From a virus: 64,000 nucleotides of DNA. Shown piece by piece: positions 49,790 to 57,980 of this stretch (positions are counted from its first letter, which is position 1; each line of letters starts with the position of its first letter). The stretch spans positions 64,001 to 128,000 of IMG/VR virus record IMGVR_UViG_3300027969_000043; one strand, given 5' to 3'. Position numbers and translations under genes: made by a program. A model generated the notes under the pieces. The model ran no database searches and was not told the DNA's origin. It saw nothing but the letters and a program-made list of their open reading frames with translations.

Positions 49790-50755
49790 ATGGGTGCCGA
49801 AAATAAATATATTACCAACCTACCAACCGTACTATCCGAAGTAAGCAAAGTCAGAACGGTTCAACTAGGTATTGTTGCAAGTGTTGAAGACCCAAATGGG
49901 TTAGGTAGAATAAAAATTAGAATTCCAGGCCAACCAAACGTTGGCGGTGACGCTGATTCAACAATTGACGAATTACCGTGGGCAACCCCAATGGAATCAA
50001 AATTTTTTACCAGCCAACCAAAAGTTGGTGAAGGTGTTTTTGTATTAACATTTAGTAATCAAAAAGCCCATTCTGATAGATTATATTTTGGGCCGATAAT
50101 ATCACAGCTAGACAAATTAAATTTTGATTCATTAAATGTAACTGGTTTAAATTCTTTTACATTTGGTACAACAACCCCAAATGTTTCAATGAATAGAATT
50201 CCAGCAATAAAGGGTGTTTTCCCAAAACAAGATGATATCTCGGTACAGGGTAGATACAACACTGATATTATACTAAGAAAAAATGAAATATTAATACGCG
50301 CTGGTAAATTTGTTGAATCAAAAGCCGATATAAATAATCCATACCCATTTCAATTTAATAATACAACACAAGGATTTATTCAAATTAAAAATAATGTTAA
50401 TTTAGTTAGGGATGGTCAAGATTTGGGTAGCGTAACAAATATTGTTGGTAGTAAAATCAATTTAATCACACATAAAGATGGTACCCCTAGATTTAATGTT
50501 ATGAATCAAGATTCACAAGTTAGTGATGAAGAAATTCTAAACATTCTTGAAAATGCACACCCACTACCATTTGGCGATTTACTTGTTGAATATTTAAGAC
50601 TCCTAAAAAATGCGTTTTTAAACCACGTACACAATTACCATGGCATACCACCAACCGATTTAACCGTCGGAGTAACACTTCCAGTTAAAGAATTTAATGA
50701 TAAAGCTGAAGACCTAGAAAGTAGAATGTTATCGAAGAATATCCGCATAAATTAA
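49790..50755 (+). CDS. Baseplate central spike, gp5/gpV-like OB-fold protein
   Basis: GIV..VEDP..LGRIKIRIPG...LPWA.P...PKVGE.V.V; C-terminal HVH metal-binding tip motif; no lysozyme domain. Confidence 0.8.
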   Translation: MGAENKYITNLPTVLSEVSKVRTVQLGIVASVEDPNGLGRIKIRIPGQPNVGGDADSTIDELPWATPMESKFFTSQPKVGEGVFVLTFSNQKAHSDRLYFGPIISQLDKLNFDSLNVTGLNSFTFGTTTPNVSMNRIPAIKGVFPKQDDISVQGRYNTDIILRKNEILIRAGKFVESKADINNPYPFQFNNTTQGFIQIKNNVNLVRDGQDLGSVTNIVGSKINLITHKDGTPRFNVMNQDSQVSDEEILNILENAHPLPFGDLLVEYLRLLKNAFLNHVHNYHGIPPTDLTVGVTLPVKEFNDKAEDLESRMLSKNIRIN

Positions 50756-50764
50756 TATTACCAG

Positions 50765-50772
50765 ATATTTAT
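50765..50772 (+). promoter_or_regulatory. Putative late promoter ATATTTAT
   Basis: 12 nt upstream of ATG 50785. Confidence 0.6.
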
Positions 50773-50784
50773 TAATAAAAAGAA

Positions 50785-52191
50785 ATGGTAATTAGAACAT
50801 TTTTCGACAAGAATAATACCATAGTTAGAAATGAAGTTGTTAATACAGCTAGAAACCCAGTAACCGAATTATTTTACGGTGGGCCTACTGGTGAAAACAA
50901 ATATAGCCGTTACTTATTTCATTTTGATGAAACTAGATTAGTCAACATGTATGATAATGGTACATTTACTGATTTAACTAAACTAAAACACACATTAAAA
51001 CTAACTAATACAGCGTCATTTGACGAAGGGTTATTAAATGGTTCGTATCAATCAAAAGAAAGAGCGTGCTCATTCGACCTAATTGTTTTTAAAGTGGGTC
51101 AAGAGTGGGACGAAGGTGTTGGTTATGACTATTTATCCTGTAACCTGCTAACTGGCGATTGTGCTATATCAACAAAACCATCAACATGGGTTAATCCACA
51201 AACTGGTATAGTTTGGACTGGCGGTTCTGGTGTCTACTCAGGTTCACCAAGTGGGTTAACAATTGCAACACAACATTTTGATTTAGGTAATGAAAACCTA
51301 GAAGTTGATATTACAGATTACGTTAATGGTGTTATGACAGGAAACACAAATAATGGACTAGGTATAGCATACGCTCTCCCGTTTGAAATAACAAGTACAC
51401 AAAATATGCAATACGTTGGTTTTTTTACCAAATATACACAAACATTTTACGAGCCATACATTGAAACCATATATAGCAATTACATAACAGACGATAGAAA
51501 TAATTTCTTTTTGGATAAACCAAATAAACTTTATCTATACGTTAACGTAGCTGGAAACCCAACAAATTTAGATAACCTACCAACAGTATCAATACTTGAC
51601 GAAAACGGTGTAGCGTATACCTTTATTGAATCATCTGGTGTAACGCACGTAACAAAAGGTGTTTATTCAGTTGATTTAACAATTCCATCTGGGGATGGTG
51701 AAATAGGAACATTATTTAATGATGTTTGGCAGGATTTAGTAATCAACGGGGTTTCTAGACCAGATGTTAATCTCTATTTTGAATTAAAAGATAGTTTTGG
51801 TTATTATAACCTAGGCGACAGTGATTCGTTACCGAAAAAAGTAGCTGTATCGATATCTGGGGTTAGAAACCAAGAAAAAATAAAAAGGGGTGACACTAGA
51901 AAAGTAATTGTATCAACTAGAATACCATATACCATAGAACAAACACAAAACATATCAAATATAAAATATAGAATATATGTAACCGAAGGTAAAAATGAAC
52001 TAACCGTAGTTGATTTTCAACCTGTTGAACTAGCATCTAATTATAATTATTTCTTATTAGACACCCTAAGCCTAATTCCAAATGTATATTATTTAGATAT
52101 GTTAGTTGAATCTAATTTAGAGGTAACAACGTTAAAAAATGTTTTAAATTTTACTATTGTTAGCGAATCAAACTTAAGACAATCACAATGA
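50785..52191 (+). CDS. Putative virion structural protein
   Basis: SRYLFHFD, WDEGVG, VDITDYV..., NNGL; beta-rich; late motif upstream. Confidence 0.55.
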   Translation: MVIRTFFDKNNTIVRNEVVNTARNPVTELFYGGPTGENKYSRYLFHFDETRLVNMYDNGTFTDLTKLKHTLKLTNTASFDEGLLNGSYQSKERACSFDLIVFKVGQEWDEGVGYDYLSCNLLTGDCAISTKPSTWVNPQTGIVWTGGSGVYSGSPSGLTIATQHFDLGNENLEVDITDYVNGVMTGNTNNGLGIAYALPFEITSTQNMQYVGFFTKYTQTFYEPYIETIYSNYITDDRNNFFLDKPNKLYLYVNVAGNPTNLDNLPTVSILDENGVAYTFIESSGVTHVTKGVYSVDLTIPSGDGEIGTLFNDVWQDLVINGVSRPDVNLYFELKDSFGYYNLGDSDSLPKKVAVSISGVRNQEKIKRGDTRKVIVSTRIPYTIEQTQNISNIKYRIYVTEGKNELTVVDFQPVELASNYNYFLLDTLSLIPNVYYLDMLVESNLEVTTLKNVLNFTIVSESNLRQSQ

Positions 52192-52541
52192 TGAAAGAAT
52201 TTATAAGAGAAAACTTAAGACTTAATACCCTTATTACAGAGAAAATAATTGACGGCCAAAAAATGAATCCGCAATTACAAACATTATGTAACACAATGAG
52301 TGTGAGAAGTTACCATGAAGTTTTGGGTAGACTCATTGCTGCTATTGGACACCCAGAAGAAAACCATGAATTATGGGCTAAGATAAAAAAACCCCTAGAT
52401 ATGCTTGAAAAAGCTAGCAAAGATTTAAATAAAGAAAAAAAAGAAAATGGTATGACAGGTGATTCAGAAGTAGACGAAGCAAATACTTGGTGGTCCGCAA
52501 TACAATCAACTCTTTGTGAACAAGGTCCAGAATTTCAATAA
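52188..52541 (+). CDS. Hypothetical protein with MKEFIRENL...ITE N-terminal tag
   Basis: 117-aa ORF. Confidence 0.55.
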   Translation: MMKEFIRENLRLNTLITEKIIDGQKMNPQLQTLCNTMSVRSYHEVLGRLIAAIGHPEENHELWAKIKKPLDMLEKASKDLNKEKKENGMTGDSEVDEANTWWSAIQSTLCEQGPEFQ

Positions 52542-52569
52542 TTAACTTTACATTTTTTTATTTTTTATT

Positions 52570-52577
52570 ATATTTAT
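52570..52577 (+). promoter_or_regulatory. Putative late promoter ATATTTAT preceding a ~100-nt structured leader
   Basis: Motif match; next ATG at 52681. Confidence 0.45.
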
Positions 52578-52580
52578 TTT

Positions 52581-52650
52581 ATACGTTAACTCACGTATTG
52601 GTATCGAGCTATAAGCTTTAGAGTTGTCTAGGCAACAAAGATATTAGTAC
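52581..52650 (+). other. Candidate structured 5' leader RNA
   Basis: 11-bp helix gtattggtatc (52595-52605) / gatattagtac (52640-52650) with 3 G-U pairs, enclosing gttgt-ctag-gcaac; alternative hairpin atacgt/acgtat. Confidence 0.45.
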
Positions 52651-52680
52651 ATAATAACAAAAATTAAAAGTTAAAAAAAA

Positions 52681-53523
52681 ATGAAAAGAAGAATCTCTAT
52701 CGGGGAACCGATATCTAATCCTACAGCACAAATCTGTATCAACAAATCCAGACTTAAAGTCTACAACAAAGAAACCTCACCAACTTATTATTTAGAAAAA
52801 GGACAAGAGTTTCAAATCGAATTATTCAATCCAACAAAAAACACACTTTTAGCAAAAATCCAATTAAATGGAAAAGCTATATCACAAGGTGGTTTGGTGT
52901 TAAAGCCTGGCCAACGCGTGTTTTTAGAACGCTATTTAGATGTTGCTAAAAAATTCATGTTTGACACATACGAAGTATCAAATACAGAAGAAGTTAAAAA
53001 AGCCATCGAAGACAACGGCGATTTTAAAGTTGAATTTTATAAAGAATCTAATCCAACCCTTGTATATGGTACGGTAACAACATATAATACAAACAATCGA
53101 TTTACACTAACTGATAATTTTAATACTACAGCTCCTAATAATTACCTTAATCTTACTGGTAATATTACAAATACAACTTCGACGTATAGCTCTGGTATTG
53201 TAAATTGTAGTAATAGCTTTACTAATAATGTAACCAATGATAGCTTTGAACCTATACAACAAAAACCAAGACTTAGAAAAAGCTTAACCAAAAGCATAGA
53301 AACTGGTCGTGTTGAAGCTGGAAGTAGTTCAGACCAAAAATTTGAATATGTAAACAAAAGTTTTGATTACTACGCATTTCACACCGTAGAATGTAAACTA
53401 CTACCAATATCACAAAAAATAAATACGGCAGAAGATATCAACGTAAAAAGATATTGCACAAACTGTGGGACAAAACAAAAACCAGAATTTAAATTTTGTC
53501 CTAGCTGCGGAGAAAAATGCTAA
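52681..53523 (+). CDS. Hypothetical protein with C-terminal zinc ribbon
   Basis: YCTNCG...KFCPSCG; beta-rich N-domain and an N/T-rich linker. Confidence 0.7.
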   Translation: MKRRISIGEPISNPTAQICINKSRLKVYNKETSPTYYLEKGQEFQIELFNPTKNTLLAKIQLNGKAISQGGLVLKPGQRVFLERYLDVAKKFMFDTYEVSNTEEVKKAIEDNGDFKVEFYKESNPTLVYGTVTTYNTNNRFTLTDNFNTTAPNNYLNLTGNITNTTSTYSSGIVNCSNSFTNNVTNDSFEPIQQKPRLRKSLTKSIETGRVEAGSSSDQKFEYVNKSFDYYAFHTVECKLLPISQKINTAEDINVKRYCTNCGTKQKPEFKFCPSCGEKC

Positions 53524-53534
53524 AATAATAACTA

Positions 53535-53546
53535 GAGTTAACGTAT
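53535..53546. repeat. Right arm of a 12-bp inverted repeat flanking the zinc-ribbon gene
   Basis: gagttaacgtat is the exact reverse complement of atacgttaactc at 52581-52592. Confidence 0.8.
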
Positions 53547-53547
53547 T

Positions 53548-53573
53548 AAAAAAGCCCAGATTGTCTGGGCTTT
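53548..53573. terminator. Bidirectional terminator between convergent genes
   Basis: aaagcccaga-ttg-tctgggcttt. Confidence 0.8.
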
Positions 53574-53958
53574 ATTTATTTGGATATCTAATCATTGTAT
53601 TTCTAAACCTGAAATCTTTATACTTACCAGTATTTGAACCAAAACCAAATCGTTTATAGAAGCGTAATAAGCCTGTTTTAGAGCTTTCTGTGTCTTCTGG
53701 GGTTAATACACATAATAAATCATATTTATCACACAGCGCTGTTATTTCCGTCATCAATGCCGTTCCTAACCCCTGTCTTCTTTGCGCCTTGTCTTTTACC
53801 TTGATTGAGGCTACTTCAATTGCATCATTACCTTTCAAATATATCCAACAAGCCATACCCAATGCATCATATTTTTGTATGATACCATCTAATTCTGCTT
53901 GAATTTTAAATCTTGCATCATCTTCAACAACCTCTTGTAATATTTGTAATATTTTCAT
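53572..53958 (-). CDS. GNAT-family acetyltransferase
   Basis: I.V....RRQGLGTALM (acetyl-CoA motif A), L.RFYKRFGF. Confidence 0.85.
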   Translation of the reverse strand: MKILQILQEVVEDDARFKIQAELDGIIQKYDALGMACWIYLKGNDAIEVASIKVKDKAQRRQGLGTALMTEITALCDKYDLLCVLTPEDTESSKTGLLRFYKRFGFGSNTGKYKDFRFRNTMIRYPNK

Positions 53959-53961
53959 ATA

Positions 53962-54726
53962 TTAATTTCTCATATTTTTACCCAGCAAACCTTCTCTATG
54001 CATTCTAAGTTTTAATTCTTTACGCCATTTGGCCCTTGTTTCACCTGTAAACTTATTATTAACACTATGCAATGATGGCGATAACTCTAACATATCTTGG
54101 AATGTCATCTCATCCCACATATCTTTATGTTTATTATACACTTGTTTAACATTATGAATTTGAGCTTGAATTTCCATTCTTGTTGCGTCTACAGGTATAC
54201 CACCTAAACTTGTTGTATTACGCTCCCTTGCTTTATCAACTCTTGCCTCAATATGTTTATTATTTAAAGTATCATCAATCCAATGTGCTAATTCATGATG
54301 TATACTACCTTTGATTCTTGCCTCGGTAAACTCTTTAATCAAGCTTTTTCTTTGTTTTTCATCGCTTAATTCGTCCAATGCCTTTTCTATATTGCCTTTA
54401 GCATAATTCATAACAAAACTAATAGCGTTTTTAAATGCGCCAATACCAATTATTTTATGTTTTGGGTTATAGAAATTAAGGCCTGGGTTTATTTTTATAA
54501 CGCATGGATTTAATTCATGACACTTAATTGAATCAGGTGACATTAAAATCGAAGTATCCGTTTCAGCCTCTTCAAACATTGAGCTAGTAACAAATCCTGT
54601 TCTTTCAATAGCATCAACATCATCCTTAAAATATTTATCATACAACATATCAACATCGCTATCAACTTCTGTTAATTTTTCTGACAAAAGATTTTCACGT
54701 AATAATTTTTTAATAAATGATTTCAT
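53962..54726 (-). CDS. Putative zinc metallopeptidase-like protein (HExxH)
   Basis: SIHHELAHWID and downstream EIQA; N-terminal MKSFIKKLLRENLLSE tag. Confidence 0.5.
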   Translation of the reverse strand: MKSFIKKLLRENLLSEKLTEVDSDVDMLYDKYFKDDVDAIERTGFVTSSMFEEAETDTSILMSPDSIKCHELNPCVIKINPGLNFYNPKHKIIGIGAFKNAISFVMNYAKGNIEKALDELSDEKQRKSLIKEFTEARIKGSIHHELAHWIDDTLNNKHIEARVDKARERNTTSLGGIPVDATRMEIQAQIHNVKQVYNKHKDMWDEMTFQDMLELSPSLHSVNNKFTGETRAKWRKELKLRMHREGLLGKNMRN

Positions 54727-54727
54727 A

Positions 54728-55318
54728 TTATTTTACCAAAAATTTAGAATAGTCCATAGTCGATGGTTTATCATTTTTAAAATAATACTTTTCAACTTTA
54801 TTACCGTACTTGATTGTTTTATAATAACCATCTGGAATTGTCGCACCTGTACTTAACTTAATTGATGATTTTGAAAAAACACATTGTATCTCAACATTAA
54901 CAATTTTATTTTCATTTGCCAATAATCTTTCACGCGCTTCTAATAATCGCCATGTTGTTCTATTTAAATCTTGATTTTGAAGTGAACAGTTTAAATAACT
55001 AAATGTTTTATACAGCATCTCTTTAGTACAATTAAAATCAGCTGCTGGTGCCATATGACCCTTATCATATATATTATTCACATAATCCATGTGGTCAGAT
55101 GTTTTAACACTATCTATGGTATAAAAATCCATACCCTTTCTAGACGCGTCGCCATTAGGACACTTTACAGTATATTTAACCCACACAGGTTGTTCCAAAA
55201 CTTCAGAATATATTACCTCGTAGATATCGGTTTTAATATGAACCTTATCTCTTAATTTTTGTGAAAATATACTTAACGGTATAATACCAATTAGTATAAT
55301 TAATAACATTTTTTTCAT
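54728..55318 (-). CDS. Secreted DNA/RNA non-specific endonuclease (NucA/EndoG family)
   Basis: Signal peptide MKKMLLIILIGIIPLSIFS; YDKGHMAPAADF...TFSYLN..LQ...LNR..W..LE. Confidence 0.88.
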   Translation of the reverse strand: MKKMLLIILIGIIPLSIFSQKLRDKVHIKTDIYEVIYSEVLEQPVWVKYTVKCPNGDASRKGMDFYTIDSVKTSDHMDYVNNIYDKGHMAPAADFNCTKEMLYKTFSYLNCSLQNQDLNRTTWRLLEARERLLANENKIVNVEIQCVFSKSSIKLSTGATIPDGYYKTIKYGNKVEKYYFKNDKPSTMDYSKFLVK

Positions 55319-56010
55319 ACTAATAAATATCTTGAACCCTTAGAAAGATTTTCAGTTCCCCATAGAGGTTGAAGATTACATAAATCCCAACATTCCTTAA
55401 ACTCTGGGTCATCCAATGATGTAAAATTAAAACTAGACATTGGTCTTATATGGTCAACATGCCATTGACCATAATTATCCCATGTCATACCTTCAGTAAA
55501 TTGTTTTTCCAAATGCTGCATCAACTCTTCAATTGTATAACCAAGTAATGCAAATGTAGAGCGATACTTAGCGACATTTTTTTCTTTTAAACATGTCCAT
55601 AGCGCTGTTCGTGTATTTCTACTTAACCTATATCTAGGGTCAATAGCGCATTTATTTTTATTGTATTCTCTAGAATATGCATTTACGTGCTCTCTATTTT
55701 CTTCCCTCCATTTAGTGTGTTGTTTGCGCACATAATTCCTATTTTTTTTAGACCATTTTTTATAAAATTCACTTCTTTTTAATCTTGTACCCACTTTAGT
55801 CTCATATTTTTTTTGTGCGACGGACCTACCACCAATGTTACGTCTTCCAGATGGACCAATCACAACCCCATTTTCTTTTAATGTTCTTATTATAATTGTT
55901 TTATGTATACCCATATGTTCACTTATAGTTGTGGAGCCTAATAATTCCTTAGTATACATTCTTATACACTCATCTACTTGCTCTTTTGTTAATTCAATTT
56001 TTTTACTCAT
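55315..56010 (-). CDS. HNH endonuclease (free-standing homing type) with N-terminal HTH-like region
   Basis: HLEKQF..GMTWDNYG.WHVDHIRP...NLQPLW..ENLSK. Confidence 0.85.
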   Translation of the reverse strand: MSKKIELTKEQVDECIRMYTKELLGSTTISEHMGIHKTIIIRTLKENGVVIGPSGRRNIGGRSVAQKKYETKVGTRLKRSEFYKKWSKKNRNYVRKQHTKWREENREHVNAYSREYNKNKCAIDPRYRLSRNTRTALWTCLKEKNVAKYRSTFALLGYTIEELMQHLEKQFTEGMTWDNYGQWHVDHIRPMSSFNFTSLDDPEFKECWDLCNLQPLWGTENLSKGSRYLLV

Positions 56011-56014
56011 AATT

Positions 56015-56046
56015 ATAAATATACAAACAACCTATATAAAAGTCAA
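56015..56046 (-). promoter_or_regulatory. Overlapping TTGACT-N17-TATATT and ATATTTAT motifs for the HNH gene
   Basis: - strand reads ttgact tttatataggttgtttg tatatttataatt atg. Confidence 0.5.
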
Positions 56047-56057
56047 GTTATTAAAAC

Positions 56058-56085
56058 AAAAAAGGTGGAAATTATTCCACCTTTT
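56058..56085 (-). terminator. Rho-independent terminator after major capsid gene
   Basis: aaaaggtggaa-atta-ttccacctttt. Confidence 0.85.
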
Positions 56086-56107
56086 AAGTTTATAGTTTTA
56101 GAAATGA

Positions 56108-57958
56108 TTATCTCAATTCAGCAACATTAAATGTTGGAATACCATCTACTCTTACATGTCCGTAAAATCTATTATTGACACTCTTCTTAGCGTAACGAGT
56201 CATGATACCTTTAACTGGAGCAAAGTTAAATGGATTGTACATGGTTGGAGTTAATTGCAACGGCACGTATGGTGCGTAGATGTAACCTGTATCCAACAAT
56301 GACTTACCTTTATGTCCAATAATTATAGAGTATGATGGAGAATACGGGTCACGATAAACTTGATATCTACCGCCTAATGTACCGATTCTTTCAATACCCA
56401 TGTTATATTGGTCTTGCTCAGGATTAGCATCACTTACGTGGAAATATTCTAAATCATCGAATACTGCAGATACTTCTGAAGATACAACGATAAAGTTAGC
56501 ACCACCACGAAGAGTTGACTTGTGGATTTGAGCAGAAATTTGGTTAACTTTAGTTATTAAAGTTTGGTTCCAATCTTTCTGTGTGTAAGGACTAGAAGAT
56601 GAAGAAGCTTTTCTCCAACCGTTATAATCCCAACGTAATTGCCATGCAGCAACTTTACGCAAATCTCTCAAGATTTCTCTATCGATTTCCGCAGCAACTT
56701 GCTCAGATAACATTGCTGTTAATTCAGCTTCAGCATCGATGTTGTGGAATGCACTAACGTCTTGCGCTAATTCTGGAGACCAAGTAGCTCTTAATTTTCT
56801 TTCTTCTACAGAAACTACAACGTCAGTTAAAGTGAAAGAAACTTCACCCATTTCAGTTTCAAGTTCCAATGTAGCGTATTCAGCCCAAGCAGCAGTAAGT
56901 GCAGAGAATGAAGCTAATGTAGTTGCAGAAGCACCAACATAACCATCAAAAGTAGCCGTACCAGCAGCAGCAGAACCAGATGCAGTTGTACCAACTGGGT
57001 GAGTTAAGTCAAGACCCAAGAAGATATAACCAGTGTTATCAGTTAAATTTGTGTAATTAACGATACCTTGACCATATACTTGAGTAATAACACGGAAAGG
57101 AATAGCTCTGTTAGCAGCAACAATAACATTACCAGCATTATCTAAAATGTTAGAGCTAGTAACAACTTGTAAAGAAGCTAAGAAAGATTCTGTATCCATT
57201 GGGTTACCATCAGGACCAGTTAATACTTGTTTGTTAGAAGCACCACCTGTAAAACCAGATACAGCAACAACTAATTGTCTTAACGAACCATCAGCAGCAA
57301 CAGGACCTACAACAGCTGTAGAAACCGCAGCAACACGTGTGTATGAACCATCGCCGTTACCAGAGAAAACTGGAACATTACTCATAGTACGGATAGTCAA
57401 TGTACCTTTTGAGTTATCAAATAAACCATCATCATAGAATAAATCATAAAGATTTTTTGCTAAGAATGGTGTAACTACGCAAGTACCAGCAGCTGGTAAT
57501 ACGCAACTAGGAATACCAGAAGATGCAAAGCTAGTATGAGCTGAGAATGTTGTACCGTAAACATCAGAACCAGGTTGGTTTTGTGTATAGTCATTACCAG
57601 CAACACCAGAACCGTCTACACGACTAGAAGTCTGAGGTACGAAATAGAACAATTTACCAATTGGCATGTTCATAGCTTGTACAGACACGATGTCATTAGC
57701 TAATAATTTAGAGAATACTCTTCTCACGATAGGGAATACAACAGTTTCGAATGAACCTGAAGAGGTTGAAGTTGTTGATTCAGTTAATAATGAAGAAGCT
57801 TGGTTCTCATATAATTGAGCGATGTTTTCTTTTACGTGTCCTTTAAGACCTTCAAGAAAACCTAAGCTTTCCCATTTTGCTTGGGTTTCTTTACGGATAG
57901 CCTTCATGTGGTTTAATCCGATGTTCCCAACTTGTCCAGATGTTAATAAATGTGACAT
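56108..57958 (-). CDS. gp23: Major capsid protein (T4 gp23-like) with large insertion
   Basis: FPIVRRVF, VSVQAMNMPIG, RKLRATWSPELAQD..AFH.IDAEAEL, EIDREI, GYIYAPYVPL, GIMTRY. Confidence 0.95.
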   Translation of the reverse strand: MSHLLTSGQVGNIGLNHMKAIRKETQAKWESLGFLEGLKGHVKENIAQLYENQASSLLTESTTSTSSGSFETVVFPIVRRVFSKLLANDIVSVQAMNMPIGKLFYFVPQTSSRVDGSGVAGNDYTQNQPGSDVYGTTFSAHTSFASSGIPSCVLPAAGTCVVTPFLAKNLYDLFYDDGLFDNSKGTLTIRTMSNVPVFSGNGDGSYTRVAAVSTAVVGPVAADGSLRQLVVAVSGFTGGASNKQVLTGPDGNPMDTESFLASLQVVTSSNILDNAGNVIVAANRAIPFRVITQVYGQGIVNYTNLTDNTGYIFLGLDLTHPVGTTASGSAAAGTATFDGYVGASATTLASFSALTAAWAEYATLELETEMGEVSFTLTDVVVSVEERKLRATWSPELAQDVSAFHNIDAEAELTAMLSEQVAAEIDREILRDLRKVAAWQLRWDYNGWRKASSSSSPYTQKDWNQTLITKVNQISAQIHKSTLRGGANFIVVSSEVSAVFDDLEYFHVSDANPEQDQYNMGIERIGTLGGRYQVYRDPYSPSYSIIIGHKGKSLLDTGYIYAPYVPLQLTPTMYNPFNFAPVKGIMTRYAKKSVNNRFYGHVRVDGIPTFNVAELR

Positions 57959-57980
57959 AATTTTTTTAGGTTTTTATTTT

